DNA of 64,000 nt from Eledone cirrhosa. Its lineage: Eukaryota. Under the pieces are notes generated by a model. That model made no database searches and was not told where the DNA came from. It worked only from the letters and a program-made list of their open reading frames with translations. Numbering within the stretch: the stretch's first letter is position 1; each line of letters starts with the position of its first letter. This document shows, piece by piece, positions 1-13,595 of this stretch. The translations under genes and the position numbers were made by a program. The stretch covers positions 149,792,001 to 149,856,000 of the forward strand of contig OZ024741.1 of assembly GCA_964016885.1 (NCBI GenBank). Reading direction: 5' to 3'.

Positions 1-34
1 TATATATATATAAAAATATATATATATATATATA

Positions 35-76
<42 letters not shown>

Positions 77-654
77 TATATATATATATATAAAAATATA
101 TATATATATATATAAAAATATATATATATATATAAAAATATATATATATATATATAAAAATATATATATATAAAATATATATATATAAAAATATATATAT
201 ATAAAAATATATATATATATAAAAATATATATATATAAAAATATATGTATATATAAAAATATATATATATAAAAATATATATATATAAATTAAAAAAAAT
301 ATATATATATAAAAATATATATATATAAAAATATATATATATATAAAAATATATATATATAAATAAAATAAAATATATATATATAAAAATATATATATAT
401 AAAAATATATATATATATAAAAATATATATATATAAATATATAAATATATATATAAATATATATATATAAATATATAAATATATATATAAATATATATAT
501 AAATATATAAATATATATATAAATATATAAATATATAAATATATAAATATATAAATATATAAAAATATAAATATATAAATATATATAAAAATATATATAT
601 AAATATATATATAAATATATATATAAATATATATATAAATATATATAAATATAT

Positions 655-757
<103 letters not shown>

Positions 758-763
758 TATATA

Positions 764-1040
764 TTACGACCTCTTTTATACCATAAACGTGGTTTTGTCT
801 TTGCGCGTAATTGTTTTTCACCGCTCCTATTAATGACGTATTATTCGTTTTTTTCCCGTTCTTTGCCAGCGAACGTTACCACAAACCAAAGTATCGTCTT
901 CCTGTCTTCCTCCGGTTGCAACGTTTTTTGAAATATCCACTTCTGCGTTTACAGATTGACTTTGTTAGTTTCAGAAGATCCCGTTAAGGGTGAAAGCGGT
1001 AATTCTTGGCTTAAACTTTACTCTGTTATTTTAATAAATA
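764..1040 (+). mobile_element. Penelope-like element (pLTR) fragment inserted in (AT)n
   Basis: Non-AT island with a hammerhead-like motif. Its end (ATTCTTGGCTTAAACTTTACTCTGTTATTTTAATAAATA) recurs at about 22530-22585 and 24381-24410. Confidence 0.55.
967..1006 (+). ncRNA. Degenerate minimal type I hammerhead ribozyme motif
   Basis: CAGAAGA (CUGANGA with U4>A), CCC/GGG stem II, GAAA-GCGG-TA (GUA triplet); stem I poor. Confidence 0.45.
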
Positions 1041-1045
1041 TATAA

Positions 1046-1120
<75 letters not shown>

Positions 1121-1154
1121 TAAATAACTATAAATATACATAAATATATATATA

Positions 1155-1311
<157 letters not shown>

Positions 1312-1326
1312 ATATTTATACATATT

Positions 1327-1357
<31 letters not shown>

Positions 1358-1372
1358 TTATATATATATATA

Positions 1373-1429
<57 letters not shown>

Positions 1430-1505
1430 ATATAATATATTTATATATATTTATATATTTATATATTTATATATATATATATATATATTTATATATTTAT
1501 ATATT

Positions 1506-1536
<31 letters not shown>

Positions 1537-1545
1537 TTATATATT

Positions 1546-1576
<31 letters not shown>

Positions 1577-1581
1577 TTATA

Positions 1582-1650
<69 letters not shown>

Positions 1651-1653
1651 ATT

Positions 1654-1684
<31 letters not shown>

Positions 1685-1762
1685 TTATATATATATATAT
1701 ATATATTTAATATATATATATTTATATATTTATATATATATATTTATATATATATATATTTA

Positions 1763-1811
<49 letters not shown>

Positions 1812-1829
1812 TATATATTTATATATATT

Positions 1830-1860
<31 letters not shown>

Positions 1861-1925
1861 ATTTATTTATATATATATATTTATATATTTATATATATTT
1901 ATATATATATATATATTTATATATT

Positions 1926-1956
<31 letters not shown>

Positions 1957-2003
1957 TTATATAAATATATATATAAATATATATATAAATATATATTTAT
2001 ATA

Positions 2004-3403
2004 TCATCATCATCATCATCATCAACGTTTAACGTCCGTGTTCCACGCTTGCATGGGTTTGGACGGGGGTAGTCCCACTTGAGGCAAGAGTGATTGTCTT
2101 GCTCGCATAGGACTGTCTGGCAGGTTTTCTACAGTTGGATGCCCTTCCTAACACCAACCACATTTACAGTGTGGGTCTGGGAGGTTTTTACCGTGTTGCC
2201 TACACGGCCACATTACAGCGTGGACTGTGTGTTTTTTTGTCGTGACACCTACACGATCTCATTTGTTTCGGCCTGGATGGCGCGGCACCAACATAACTTT
2301 ACATAGAACGGGGTGGTGTGGATGGGGTGGGGGTGGCGGCGGGAGGGGTGTATTTTGTTAGAGATGCCTACTGGCAAGGCGGGTCTTCTCTGTTACTGAG
2401 TACCGCCAAAGGTCACGGTCCAGTGACATTGGTCTTGGAGAGGTGTAAGTGTGTGAGGTCGGAGTTTATCAGCTCATCCCATGTTTTTCTAGGTCTGCCT
2501 ATTCCGTGGCTACCGTCTATCTTTATTGCCCTGCACTTTGTAATACAGCTATCGACTTTCATGCGCATCACGTGTCCATACCAACGCAGCCTTCTCTCGA
2601 GTAAACAACATCTGATCCCTCTTATCTCTAATTTTTTCCTTAGTTCGTTTATGCTTTGCCGTTCACGTATATTACTGTTACACATCCAGCGGAGCATGCA
2701 AGCTTCGTTCCTCTCTAGTCTGCGTATATCCTCTGCACACAATGCCCAGGTCTCACTACCATGCAACATTGCTGTTCGTATGCAGGCATCGTACAACCTG
2801 CCTTTCATTTTTAGGGAGAACCCTTTAGCAGCTAATAGTGGTATAAGCTCTCTGAACTTTTTCCAACCAGTTCTGACTCTAGCTACAGTACTTTCAGAGC
2901 ACCCTCCCCCACTGCTGATTTTATCGCCCAGGTAACGGAAGCTGTCCACTATTTCTATAAAACCCTCTGCGCAATTGAAAGAGCTAGTATTTTGTGGGCA
3001 CTTGCTGCTACTTATTGCACCAGAACACCGGCCACATGTAAAGTCTATGTTCTTAGTTAGCTTACCTGTGATCCCACTACATCTTTTATGCACCCATACT
3101 TTGCATTTAGGACATAAGATGGAGTTTCTACCTACGCCTTTCCTACATACCGAGCACGACCATTTCCCAGAAGGGACCGCCGCCTTGTTTTCTTTCCTAC
3201 AAACTAGAACTTTGGTCTTAGCCAGGTTAATTTTAAGTCCTTTTGACTCTAGGCCGTGCTTCCATGTTTGGAATTTCTTCTCTAGCTCGGCCATTGATTC
3301 CGCTATGAGTGTCAGGTCGTCTGCGTATAGGAGTTCCCATGGGCAGCCTGTCTTGAACTCCTCTGTTATAGCCTGAAGGGCAATAATAAATAGTAGGGGG
3401 CTG
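2004..3403 (-). mobile_element. RTE-clade LINE, young 3' portion (RT C-half, 3'UTR, (ATG)n tail), cut by assembly gap
   Basis: Open frame SPLLFII..GCPWELLYADD..GLKINLAKTK..FRYLG..LHGSETW..RRLRWYGHVMR..GRPRKTW; (CAT)n tail at 2004-2023 abutting (AT)n. Confidence 0.95.
2413..3402 (-). CDS. RTE reverse transcriptase C-terminal half with inserted PHD-type (C4HC3) finger
   Basis: The listed ORF 2413-3294 extends in frame to the gap; YADD at 3316-3327; CSVC..CPKC..WVHKRC..CGRC at 3156-3025. Confidence 0.9.
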   Translation of the reverse strand, partial: SPLLFIIALQAITEEFKTGCPWELLYADDLTLIAESMAELEKKFQTWKHGLESKGLKINLAKTKVLVCRKENKAAVPSGKWSCSVCRKGVGRNSILCPKCKVWVHKRCSGITGKLTKNIDFTCGRCSGAISSSKCPQNTSSFNCAEGFIEIVDSFRYLGDKISSGGGCSESTVARVRTGWKKFRELIPLLAAKGFSLKMKGRLYDACIRTAMLHGSETWALCAEDIRRLERNEACMLRWMCNSNIRERQSINELRKKLEIRGIRCCLLERRLRWYGHVMRMKVDSCITKCRAIKIDGSHGIGRPRKTWDELINSDLTHLHLSKTNVTGP

Positions 3404-3603
3404 NNNNNNNNNNNNNNNNNNNNNNNNNNNNNNNNNNNNNNNNNNNNNNNNNNNNNNNNNNNNNNNNNNNNNNNNNNNNNNNNNNNNNNNNNNNNNNNNN
3501 NNNNNNNNNNNNNNNNNNNNNNNNNNNNNNNNNNNNNNNNNNNNNNNNNNNNNNNNNNNNNNNNNNNNNNNNNNNNNNNNNNNNNNNNNNNNNNNNNNNN
3601 NNN
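3404..3603. other. Assembly gap (200 N)
   Basis: Run of N. Confidence 1.
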
Positions 3604-3637
<34 letters not shown>

Positions 3638-3653
3638 TATATATATATATATA

Positions 3654-4188
3654 TCATCATCATCAACGTTTAACGTCCGTGTTCCACGCTTGCATGTGTT
3701 TGGACGGGGGTAGTCCCACTTGAGGCAAGAGTGATTGTCTTGCTCGCATAGGACTGTCTGGCAGGTTTTCTACAGTTGGATGCCCTTCCTAACACCAACC
3801 ACATTTACAGTGTGGGTCTGGGAGGTTTTTACTGTGTTGCCTACACGGCCACGTTACAGCGTGGACTGTGTGTTTTTTTGTCGTGACACCTACACGATCT
3901 CATTTGTTTCGGCCTGGATGGTGTGGCACCAACATAACTTTACATAGAAGGGGGCGGTGTGGATTGGGTGGGGGTGGTGGAACGGGGGTGTATTTTGTTA
4001 GAGATGCCTACTGACTGTAGTAGGTTTTACTTTGTATTTAGGTAAGGCGGGTCTTCTCTATTACTGAGTACCGCCAAAGGTCTCGGTTCAGTGACATTGT
4101 CTTGGTTGAGGTGTAAGTGTGTGAGGTCGGAGTTTATCAGCTCGTCCCAGGTTTTTCTGGGTCTGCCTATTCCGTGGCTACCGTCTAT
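3654..4188 (-). mobile_element. 5'-truncated second copy of the same RTE 3' end
   Basis: Near-identical to 2004-2520 with substitutions and a ~28 nt indel; (CAT)n tail; 5' end runs into (AT)n via TAT microhomology. Confidence 0.92.
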
Positions 4189-4222
4189 ATATATAAATAT
4201 ATATATAAATATATATATAAAT

Positions 4223-4253
<31 letters not shown>

Positions 4254-4750
4254 AATAAATATATATATAAATATATATATATATAAATAAATATATATAT
4301 ATATATAAATAAATATATATATAAATATATATATAAAAAATATATATATATATATTTATTTATATTATATATTTTATTTATATATATATATTTATTTTAT
4401 ATATATATATATTTATTTATATATATATATATTTATTTATATATATATATATATTTATTTATATATATTTATTTATATATATTTATTCATATATTTATTT
4501 ATATATATATTTATTTGTATATATTTATTTATTTAATATATATATATATATTTATATATATATATATAAATAATAAATATATACAAATATTATTTATATA
4601 TAAATTAATATATGAATAAATTATATATAAATAATTATATATAAATAAATATATATATATATATAAATAAATATATATATATATAATTAAATATATATAT
4701 ATATAAATAAATATATATATATAAATAAATATATATATATAAATAAATAT

Positions 4751-4812
<62 letters not shown>

Positions 4813-4842
4813 TATATATATATATTTATATATATATATATT

Positions 4843-4923
<81 letters not shown>

Positions 4924-5264
4924 TATATACAAATAAATATATATATAAATAAATATATGAATAAATATATATAAATAAATATATATAAATAAATATATAT
5001 ATATATATAAATAAATATATATATATATAAATAAATATATATATATATAAATAAATATATATATATAAATAAATATATATATATAAATAAATATATATAT
5101 ATAAATAAATATATATATATAAATAAATATATATATATAAATAAATATATATATATAAATAAATATATATATATAAATAAATATATATATATATATATAA
5201 ATAAATATATATATAAATAAATATATATATAAATAAATATATATATATATATATAAATAAATAT

Positions 5265-5315
<51 letters not shown>

Positions 5316-5328
5316 AATATATAAATAA

Positions 5329-5359
<31 letters not shown>

Positions 5360-5585
5360 AATATATAAATAAATATATATATAAATAAATAAATATATAT
5401 ATAAATAAATATATATATAAATAATATATATATATATATATATAAATATATAAATATATATATATAAATAAATATATATATATAAATAAATAAATATATA
5501 TATATATATAAATATATATATATAAATAAATATATATATATATATAAATAAATAAATATATATATATATATATAAATATATATAT

Positions 5586-5621
<36 letters not shown>

Positions 5622-6004
5622 AATATATATATATATAAATAAATATATATATATATATATATAAATAAATATATATATATATATATATAAATAAATATAT
5701 ATATATATATATAAATAATATATATATATATATATATAAATAAATATATATATATATATAAATAAATATATATATATATATATAAATAAATATATATATA
5801 TATAAATAAATATATATATATATATAAATAAATATATATATATATAAATAAATATATATATATAAATAAATATATATATATATAAACGTTAGAATATGTG
5901 TAATAAGGGCCAAGACAATGCAGATATGGACATAGAAAAAAAAAGAATGCAATAGTGAAAGATATTGATGAGAATTCGTCTTTCACCTTGAATTTATTTA
6001 AATG

Positions 6005-6042
6005 TCCTTAATTTTCGAGATAATATCTCTTCTTCGGAGGGA
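6005..6042 (-). ncRNA. Minimal hammerhead motif in a 5886-6058 island (Penelope-like fragment)
   Basis: Minus strand TCCCT-CCGAAGA-A-GAGAT(ATT)ATCTC-GAAA-ATTA-AGGA: U4>C core, 5-bp stem II, short stem I. Confidence 0.55.
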
Positions 6043-6060
6043 AGTAAAAGTCTCCTCCAA

Positions 6061-6091
<31 letters not shown>

Positions 6092-6411
6092 TATATATAT
6101 AAATAAATAAATATATATATAAATAAATAAATAAATATATATATATATATATAAATAAATATATATATATATATATAAATAAATATATATAAATAAATAT
6201 ATATATAAATAAATAAATATATATAAATAAATATATATATAAATAAATATATATATAAATAAATATATATATAAATAAATATATATATATAAAATATATA
6301 AATATATATATATAAATAAATATATATATATATAAATAAATATATAAATATATATATATAAATAAATATATATATATATAAATATATAAATATATATATA
6401 TAAATAAATAA

Positions 6412-6444
<33 letters not shown>

Positions 6445-6469
6445 TATATATATATATAAATAAATATAT

Positions 6470-6504
<35 letters not shown>

Positions 6505-6618
6505 AATAAATATATATATATATATATAAATATATATATATAAATATATAAATAAATATATATATATATATATAAATAAATATATATATATATATATATA
6601 AATAAATATATATATAAA

Positions 6619-6649
<31 letters not shown>

Positions 6650-6680
6650 AATAAATATATATATATATATAAATAAATAT

Positions 6681-6711
<31 letters not shown>

Positions 6712-6741
6712 ATAAATATATATATATATATAAATAAATAT

Positions 6742-6772
<31 letters not shown>

Positions 6773-6828
6773 AATAATATATATATATATATAAATAAAT
6801 ATATATATATATATATAAATAAATATAT

Positions 6829-6863
<35 letters not shown>

Positions 6864-6874
6864 AATAAATATAT

Positions 6875-6909
<35 letters not shown>

Positions 6910-6934
6910 AATAAATATATATATATATATAAAT

Positions 6935-6967
<33 letters not shown>

Positions 6968-7009
6968 AATAAATATATATATATATATAAATAAATATAT
7001 ATATATATA

Positions 7010-7073
<64 letters not shown>

Positions 7074-7080
7074 TATATAT

Positions 7081-7130
<50 letters not shown>

Positions 7131-7174
7131 AATAAATATATATATATATATATAAATAAATATATATATATATA

Positions 7175-7206
<32 letters not shown>

Positions 7207-7220
7207 AATAAATATAATAT

Positions 7221-7253
<33 letters not shown>

Positions 7254-7258
7254 AATAA

Positions 7259-7289
<31 letters not shown>

Positions 7290-7713
7290 TAAATAAATAT
7301 ATATAAATATATATATATAAATATACATAAATATATATATATAAATATTATATATAAATATATATAAATATATATAAATATATATATAAATATATATATA
7401 AATATTAATATATATATAAATATAAATATATATATAAATATTAATATATATATAAATATATATATATAAATATATATATAAATATATATATATAAATATA
7501 TATATAAATATATATAAATATTAATATAAATATATATATAAATATATATAAATATATATATATATAAATATTAATATATATATAATATATATATATAAAT
7601 ATATATATAAATATATATATATAAATATATATATAAATATTAATATATATAAATATATATATATAAATATAAATATATATATAAATATATATATATATAT
7701 ATTATATATATAA

Positions 7714-7764
<51 letters not shown>

Positions 7765-8130
7765 AATATTAATATATATATAAATATATATATAAATATT
7801 AATATATATATAAATATATATATAAATATTAATATAATATAAATATATATAAATATATATATATATAAATATATATATAAATATATATATATATATGATA
7901 TATAAATATATATATAAATATATATATAAATATTAATATATATATAAATATTAATATATATATAAATATTTATATATATATAAATATATATATAAAATAT
8001 ATATATAAATATATATATATATATAAATATATATATATAAATATTTATATAAATATTTATATATATATAAATATTTATATATATATATATAAATATATAA
8101 ATATATATATAAATATAAATATAAATATAA

Positions 8131-8268
8131 GGTTAACATATGTTGATGCCCTAAGGACAGACACTGGTCTGTTGGAGATGCAGGATATGGCAGCGATAAT
8201 GAGGGACAGGGACCGCTGGAGAGAACTCGTCCATGGATCTCGGGAATTTTACCCGCCTTAGATAGATA
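8131..8268 (+). mobile_element. Extreme 3' end of a second RTE-like LINE family with (TAGA)n tail
   Basis: 8133-8261 translates [42 protein letters not shown] (RTE C-terminal M.DR..WR motif); the stop codon overlaps the tail. Confidence 0.8.
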
Positions 8269-8430
8269 TATATATAAATATATATATAAATATAAATATT
8301 TATATATATATATATATATAAATATATATATAAATATATATATAAATATATATATAAATATATATATATAAATATATATATAAATATATATATAAATATA
8401 TATATAAATATATATATAAATATATATATT

Positions 8431-8492
<62 letters not shown>

Positions 8493-8524
8493 TATATATA
8501 AATATATATATAAATATATATATT

Positions 8525-8654
<130 letters not shown>

Positions 8655-8684
8655 TTAATATATATATATATATATATATAAATA

Positions 8685-8740
<56 letters not shown>

Positions 8741-8778
8741 AATATTAATATATATATAAATATATAAATATATATATG

Positions 8779-9127
8779 GAGGCACATGGCTTAGTGGTTA
8801 GAGCATTGGCCTTGCAATCGAAAGGTTGTGAGTTCAATTCTCAGACCGGGTGATGTGTTGTTTCCTTGAGCAAGACACTTTATTTCACATTGCTCCAGTT
8901 TACTCAGCTGTAGAAATGAGATGATAGGGACTGGGGTCCCTATCATTCCACTGCAAAGTGGTCGTGGAGGTGCCACGGCAAATAAGCAGCCAGCACTCAC
9001 TGTAAATGAGGTTGGTGTTAGGAAGGGCATCCAGCTGTAGAAATGAAGCCAGAATCAGTTCCCGTCCTACCCTTGCAAGCAGGGAAAAAGCGGACGTAAA
9101 ATGAAATGATGATGATGAAATGATGAT
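8779..9127 (+). mobile_element. tRNA-derived SINE (CORE/V-like middle, RTE-type 3' tail)
   Basis: A-box TGGCTTAGTGG, B-box GAGTTCAATTC, TTCCTTGAGCAAGACACTT core, internal ATGATAGGGAC/GTCCCTATCAT hairpin, tail shared with the RTE 3'UTR, (ATG)n end. Confidence 0.9.
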
Positions 9128-9162
9128 ATATATATATATATATAAATATATATATAAATATT

Positions 9163-9196
<34 letters not shown>

Positions 9197-9481
9197 AATA
9201 TTTATATATATAAATATATATATATAAATATATAAATATTAATATATATATAAATATATAAATATATATATATATATAAATATATATATAAATATATAAA
9301 TATATATATATATATAAATATATATATATATAAATATATAAATATTAATATATATATAAATATTAATATATATATAAATATATATATATATAAATATTTA
9401 TATATATAAATATATATATATATATAAATATTAATATATATAAATATATATATATATATAAATATTTATATATATAAATAT

Positions 9482-9644
<163 letters not shown>

Positions 9645-9675
9645 TATATAAATATATATAAATAAATATATATAA

Positions 9676-9712
<37 letters not shown>

Positions 9713-9729
9713 AATATAAATAAATATAT

Positions 9730-9870
<141 letters not shown>

Positions 9871-10116
9871 TAAATATATATATATATAAATATAAATATA
9901 TATATATATAAATATATATAAATATATATATATAAATATATATATATAAATATATAAATATAAATATATATAAATAAATATATATAAATATATATATATA
10001 AATATAAATATATATAAATAAATATATATATATATAAATAAATATATATATAAATAATATATATATATATATATATATAAATATATATAAATATAAATAT
10101 ATATATATATAAATAT

Positions 10117-10590
10117 ATACGTAGTTAAGAAAACAACAACAATGCAGAGGAGAATCTCGAGGTAGGAAGTGAAAATTGTGAGAGACAAAGATGAAAACAA
10201 AACAAAGGTAGAAGGGTTACCGTAGTGGAGATTTAATCCCAATATTTCGGGCTCACGCCCATCAACGGAGGAAAAGTTCCAAAAGGGGGGAAACAGGCCA
10301 AGCGGAGAAAGTTATGATGTCGTTAAGACAGGAATGCCGTTAACGGCATTTTGGAACTTTTCCCCCGTTGATGGGCGTGAGCCCGAAACATTGGGATTAA
10401 ATCTCCACTACGGTAACCCTTCTACCTTTGTTTTGTTTTCATCTTTGTCTCTCTCAATTTTCACTTTCACCTGTTTCTCCTATCTATCATTCACTTCCTA
10501 CCTCGAGATTCTCCTCTGCATTGTTGTGGCTTTCTTAACTACGTATTTTACACATTTCACAATGCTTCAAGCAAACTTTAACACCCTCTT
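10117..10590. mobile_element. Fold-back Penelope-like fragment (inverted arms 10117-10284 / 10349-10546) with a hammerhead-like motif in each arm
   Basis: Arms are reverse complements; TTGAT-GGGC(GTGA)GCCC-GAAA at 10368-10388 and its antisense copy; 18-nt palindrome at 10333-10350. Confidence 0.7.
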
Positions 10591-10595
10591 ATATA

Positions 10596-10653
<58 letters not shown>

Positions 10654-11040
10654 AATATATATATATATAAATATATATATATAAATATATATATATAAAT
10701 ATATATATATAATTATATATATATATAAATATATATATATAAATATATATATATAAATATATATATATAAATATATATATATAAATATATATATATATAA
10801 ATATATATATATAATTATATATATATATAAATATATATATATAAATATATATATATAATTATATATATATATAAATATATATATATAAATATATATATAT
10901 AAATATATATATATATAAATATATATATATAAATATATATATATAATTATATATAAATATATAAATATATATATATATATAAATATATATAAATATAAAT
11001 ATATATATATAAATATATATAAATATAAATATATATAAAT

Positions 11041-11095
<55 letters not shown>

Positions 11096-11123
11096 AATAT
11101 ATATATATAAATATATATATATA

Positions 11124-11155
<32 letters not shown>

Positions 11156-11161
11156 AATATA

Positions 11162-11234
<73 letters not shown>

Positions 11235-11262
11235 TATAAATATATATAAATATATATATATA

Positions 11263-11298
<36 letters not shown>

Positions 11299-11340
11299 AA
11301 TATATATATATAAATATATATATATAAATATATATATATA

Positions 11341-11378
<38 letters not shown>

Positions 11379-11420
11379 AATATATATATATAAATATATA
11401 TATATAAATATATATATATA

Positions 11421-11470
<50 letters not shown>

Positions 11471-11481
11471 TAAATATATAT

Positions 11482-11514
<33 letters not shown>

Positions 11515-11518
11515 TATA

Positions 11519-11606
<88 letters not shown>

Positions 11607-11634
11607 AATATATATATATATTTATATATATAAA

Positions 11635-11792
11635 TCATCATCATCATCATCGTTTAACGTCCATATTCCACGCTTGCATGGGTTTGGACCGGAGTTTTCC
11701 CACTTGAGTCAAGAGTGGTTGTCTTGCTCGCATAGGACTGTCTAGCTGATTTTCTTCGGCTGGATGCCCTTCCTAACACCAACCACATTTAC
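11635..11792 (-). mobile_element. Solo RTE/SINE 3' tail in (AT)n
   Basis: Matches 2004-2165; similar solo tails at 36950-37200(-), 40191-40393(+), 41740-42050(+). Confidence 0.88.
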
Positions 11793-11800
11793 ATATATAT

Positions 11801-11845
<45 letters not shown>

Positions 11846-12229
11846 TTTCGTTTCTGAATTTGTTTAGCAAGATTCTTTATCTGAAAACGTGTGTTGAAAC
11901 CGATATTGTAATACTTTGGGAGGGTCATGTTGCCAATAAGAAACACACGCACCAGTTGCTTTCACTTCAATTTATTATAATAAATTTATAAATTTCCGGT
12001 TGGTTGGTTCCACAACTAGATGATTGTTTATATATTGTCAAAGTTCTTTCGTCACACATTCTGTGTCCTCTTCAGTGACTGGGGATTCTTTTCTTTGTTT
12101 TTGTGCCTCTCCTTTGTTCTGTCCTACGCCATCTTGTTTTTGTGTGTTTTATTATAATAAATTGAAGTGAAAGCAACTGGTGCGTGTGTTTGTTATTGGC
12201 AATATGACCCTCCTAAAGTATAACAATAT
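11846..12229 (-). mobile_element. Penelope-like pLTR fragment with inverted terminal duplication (11903-11984 / 12148-12229)
   Basis: Inverted ~82-bp arms and an internal hammerhead; ATG at 11928 opens MTLPKYYNIGFNTRFQIKNLAKQIQKRNI into the AT array. Confidence 0.7.
12037..12079 (-). ncRNA. Minimal type I hammerhead ribozyme
   Basis: GTCA-CTGAAGA-GGACACA(GAA)TGTGTGAC-GAAA-GAAC-TT-TGAC: intact core, perfect 4-bp stem I, CUU triplet. Confidence 0.75.
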
Positions 12230-12811
12230 ATATAAATATATATGATGCTTCTGAGCCATCTTTAATTCGTTTCTGGCGGAGATCATGTAAGAAAAATCAT
12301 TGTCCAATTGAGTTATGTCCAAATGATTTCCAAACCTCATTGATTTATCCAAAAATGGAATGAAACTGCCGGCGGTAGAGATATTTTGATGATTTTGGTA
12401 AGGTTTATGTACATTTTTTCTTCTAACTTTGATTTTGTACCTAATTATGTATGGTTAACTATATGTCTAGTCAATTTCTACAGGCTATTAGAAATACTAG
12501 GTAAATATTTTGTTGCTATAAGTCGCGGATAAGAAGCTATATCATTTATCTATTGTTTCTTCATAAGTATATTTTAAACTTATAGCCTCGTTTAAATGAT
12601 TTTGTGTGTGGTTGATTTATGCTGATTGGGAGAAGAAATACTGTATATATTTTATCTAATGATTCTATGGACTTACTTTTTATAAATATATATATATATA
12701 TATATAAATATAAATTTTGAGTATATGTTGGTTGTTTACCGACACCTCAGTATGCAGATTGGAGCACTCGACGAAGTACGCAGGTTGGTTTGGTTACTCC
12801 GGAGTAATGTA

Positions 12812-13229
12812 AAATAATTAAGTCAAATATTTAAAATTTGGCTTCGTTTATTAAAGATATACTGCTATATATATTTCGGTGACAGCCATCATTGGTGTGG
12901 TAGAGACAGGTACACATGTTGTTGAAGTGTTTTACTCCGTCAATACTCCGATATGTCTAGCTCCTGGTTGGGTTGTTATTTCTCTGAGGAACTGGAATCA
13001 AATGATATGATTCCAGTTCCCCAGAGAAATAACAACCCAACCAGGAGATGGTCATATATATCGGAGGATTGACGGAGTAAAACACTTCAACAACATGTGT
13101 ACCTGTCTCTACCACACCAATTCGGACTACCTGAAGAAGTCACAGCCAATGATGGCTGTCACCGAAATATATATAGCAGTACATCTTTAATAAACGAAGC
13201 CAAATTTTAAATATTTGACTTAATTATTT
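12812..13229. repeat. ~190-bp-arm hairpin (12812-13000 / 13008-13229), Penelope-like fold-back
   Basis: Arms are near-perfect reverse complements around a 7-nt loop; the right arm contains a hammerhead. Confidence 0.9.
13126..13180 (+). ncRNA. Minimal type I hammerhead ribozyme
   Basis: ACTAC-CTGAAGA-AGTCACAGCC(AATGAT)GGCTGTCACC-GAAA-TATATA-TA-GCAGT: intact core, palindromic stem III, AUA triplet. Confidence 0.72.
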
Positions 13230-13341
13230 CATATATATACATATATATCTCTTAACTATAAATTTAAAAAAAAAAAAGGTGTGGGATTGCATCCAGAATA
13301 TATATTTTTACCCCGTTTGTAAAATAAGTTGGATTACTTTA

Positions 13342-13415
13342 AATAATTGTTTCTACGTTTGGCACAAGGCCAGCAATTACCCAGTGCATTACTGGTACTT
13401 TATTTTATCGACCCC
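13342..13415 (-). mobile_element. Nin/Deu-domain SINE 3' fragment
   Basis: Reverse complement of GGGGTCGATAAAATAAAGTACCAGTAATGCACTGG..GGCCTTGTGCC. Other copies at about 22820-22940(-), 24755-24862(-), 39200-39460(+), 47568-47840(+), 55135-55225(+), 55822-55912(+). Confidence 0.85.
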
Positions 13416-13529
13416 GATACTTTAAATAAATAATGAATGAATATTACATAATTTATGTGCTAAATTTTGTGGCTGTTGATTAAATATATTTTATAGCTTA
13501 TTTAAAGACCTTTAAAATTTTCAAATGTC

Positions 13530-13595
13530 AACACTTCCGGTTAGCGGCCGTTATATTATAACACTTAAAAAAAATATAGCATATATTTCCGTCCC
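13530..13595. promoter_or_regulatory. Possible promoter element (ETS-like CACTTCCGG in a small CpG cluster)
   Basis: CACTTCCGGTTAGCGGCCG at the left edge of an apparently CpG-poor block. Confidence 0.25.

Noticed and set aside
2318-3376. Plus-strand ORFs of 205 and 133 aa
   Set aside because: Antisense shadows of the RTE ORF
8779-8850. tRNA-like A/B boxes (also 60806-60895)
   Set aside because: No cloverleaf or acceptor stem; continuous with SINE bodies
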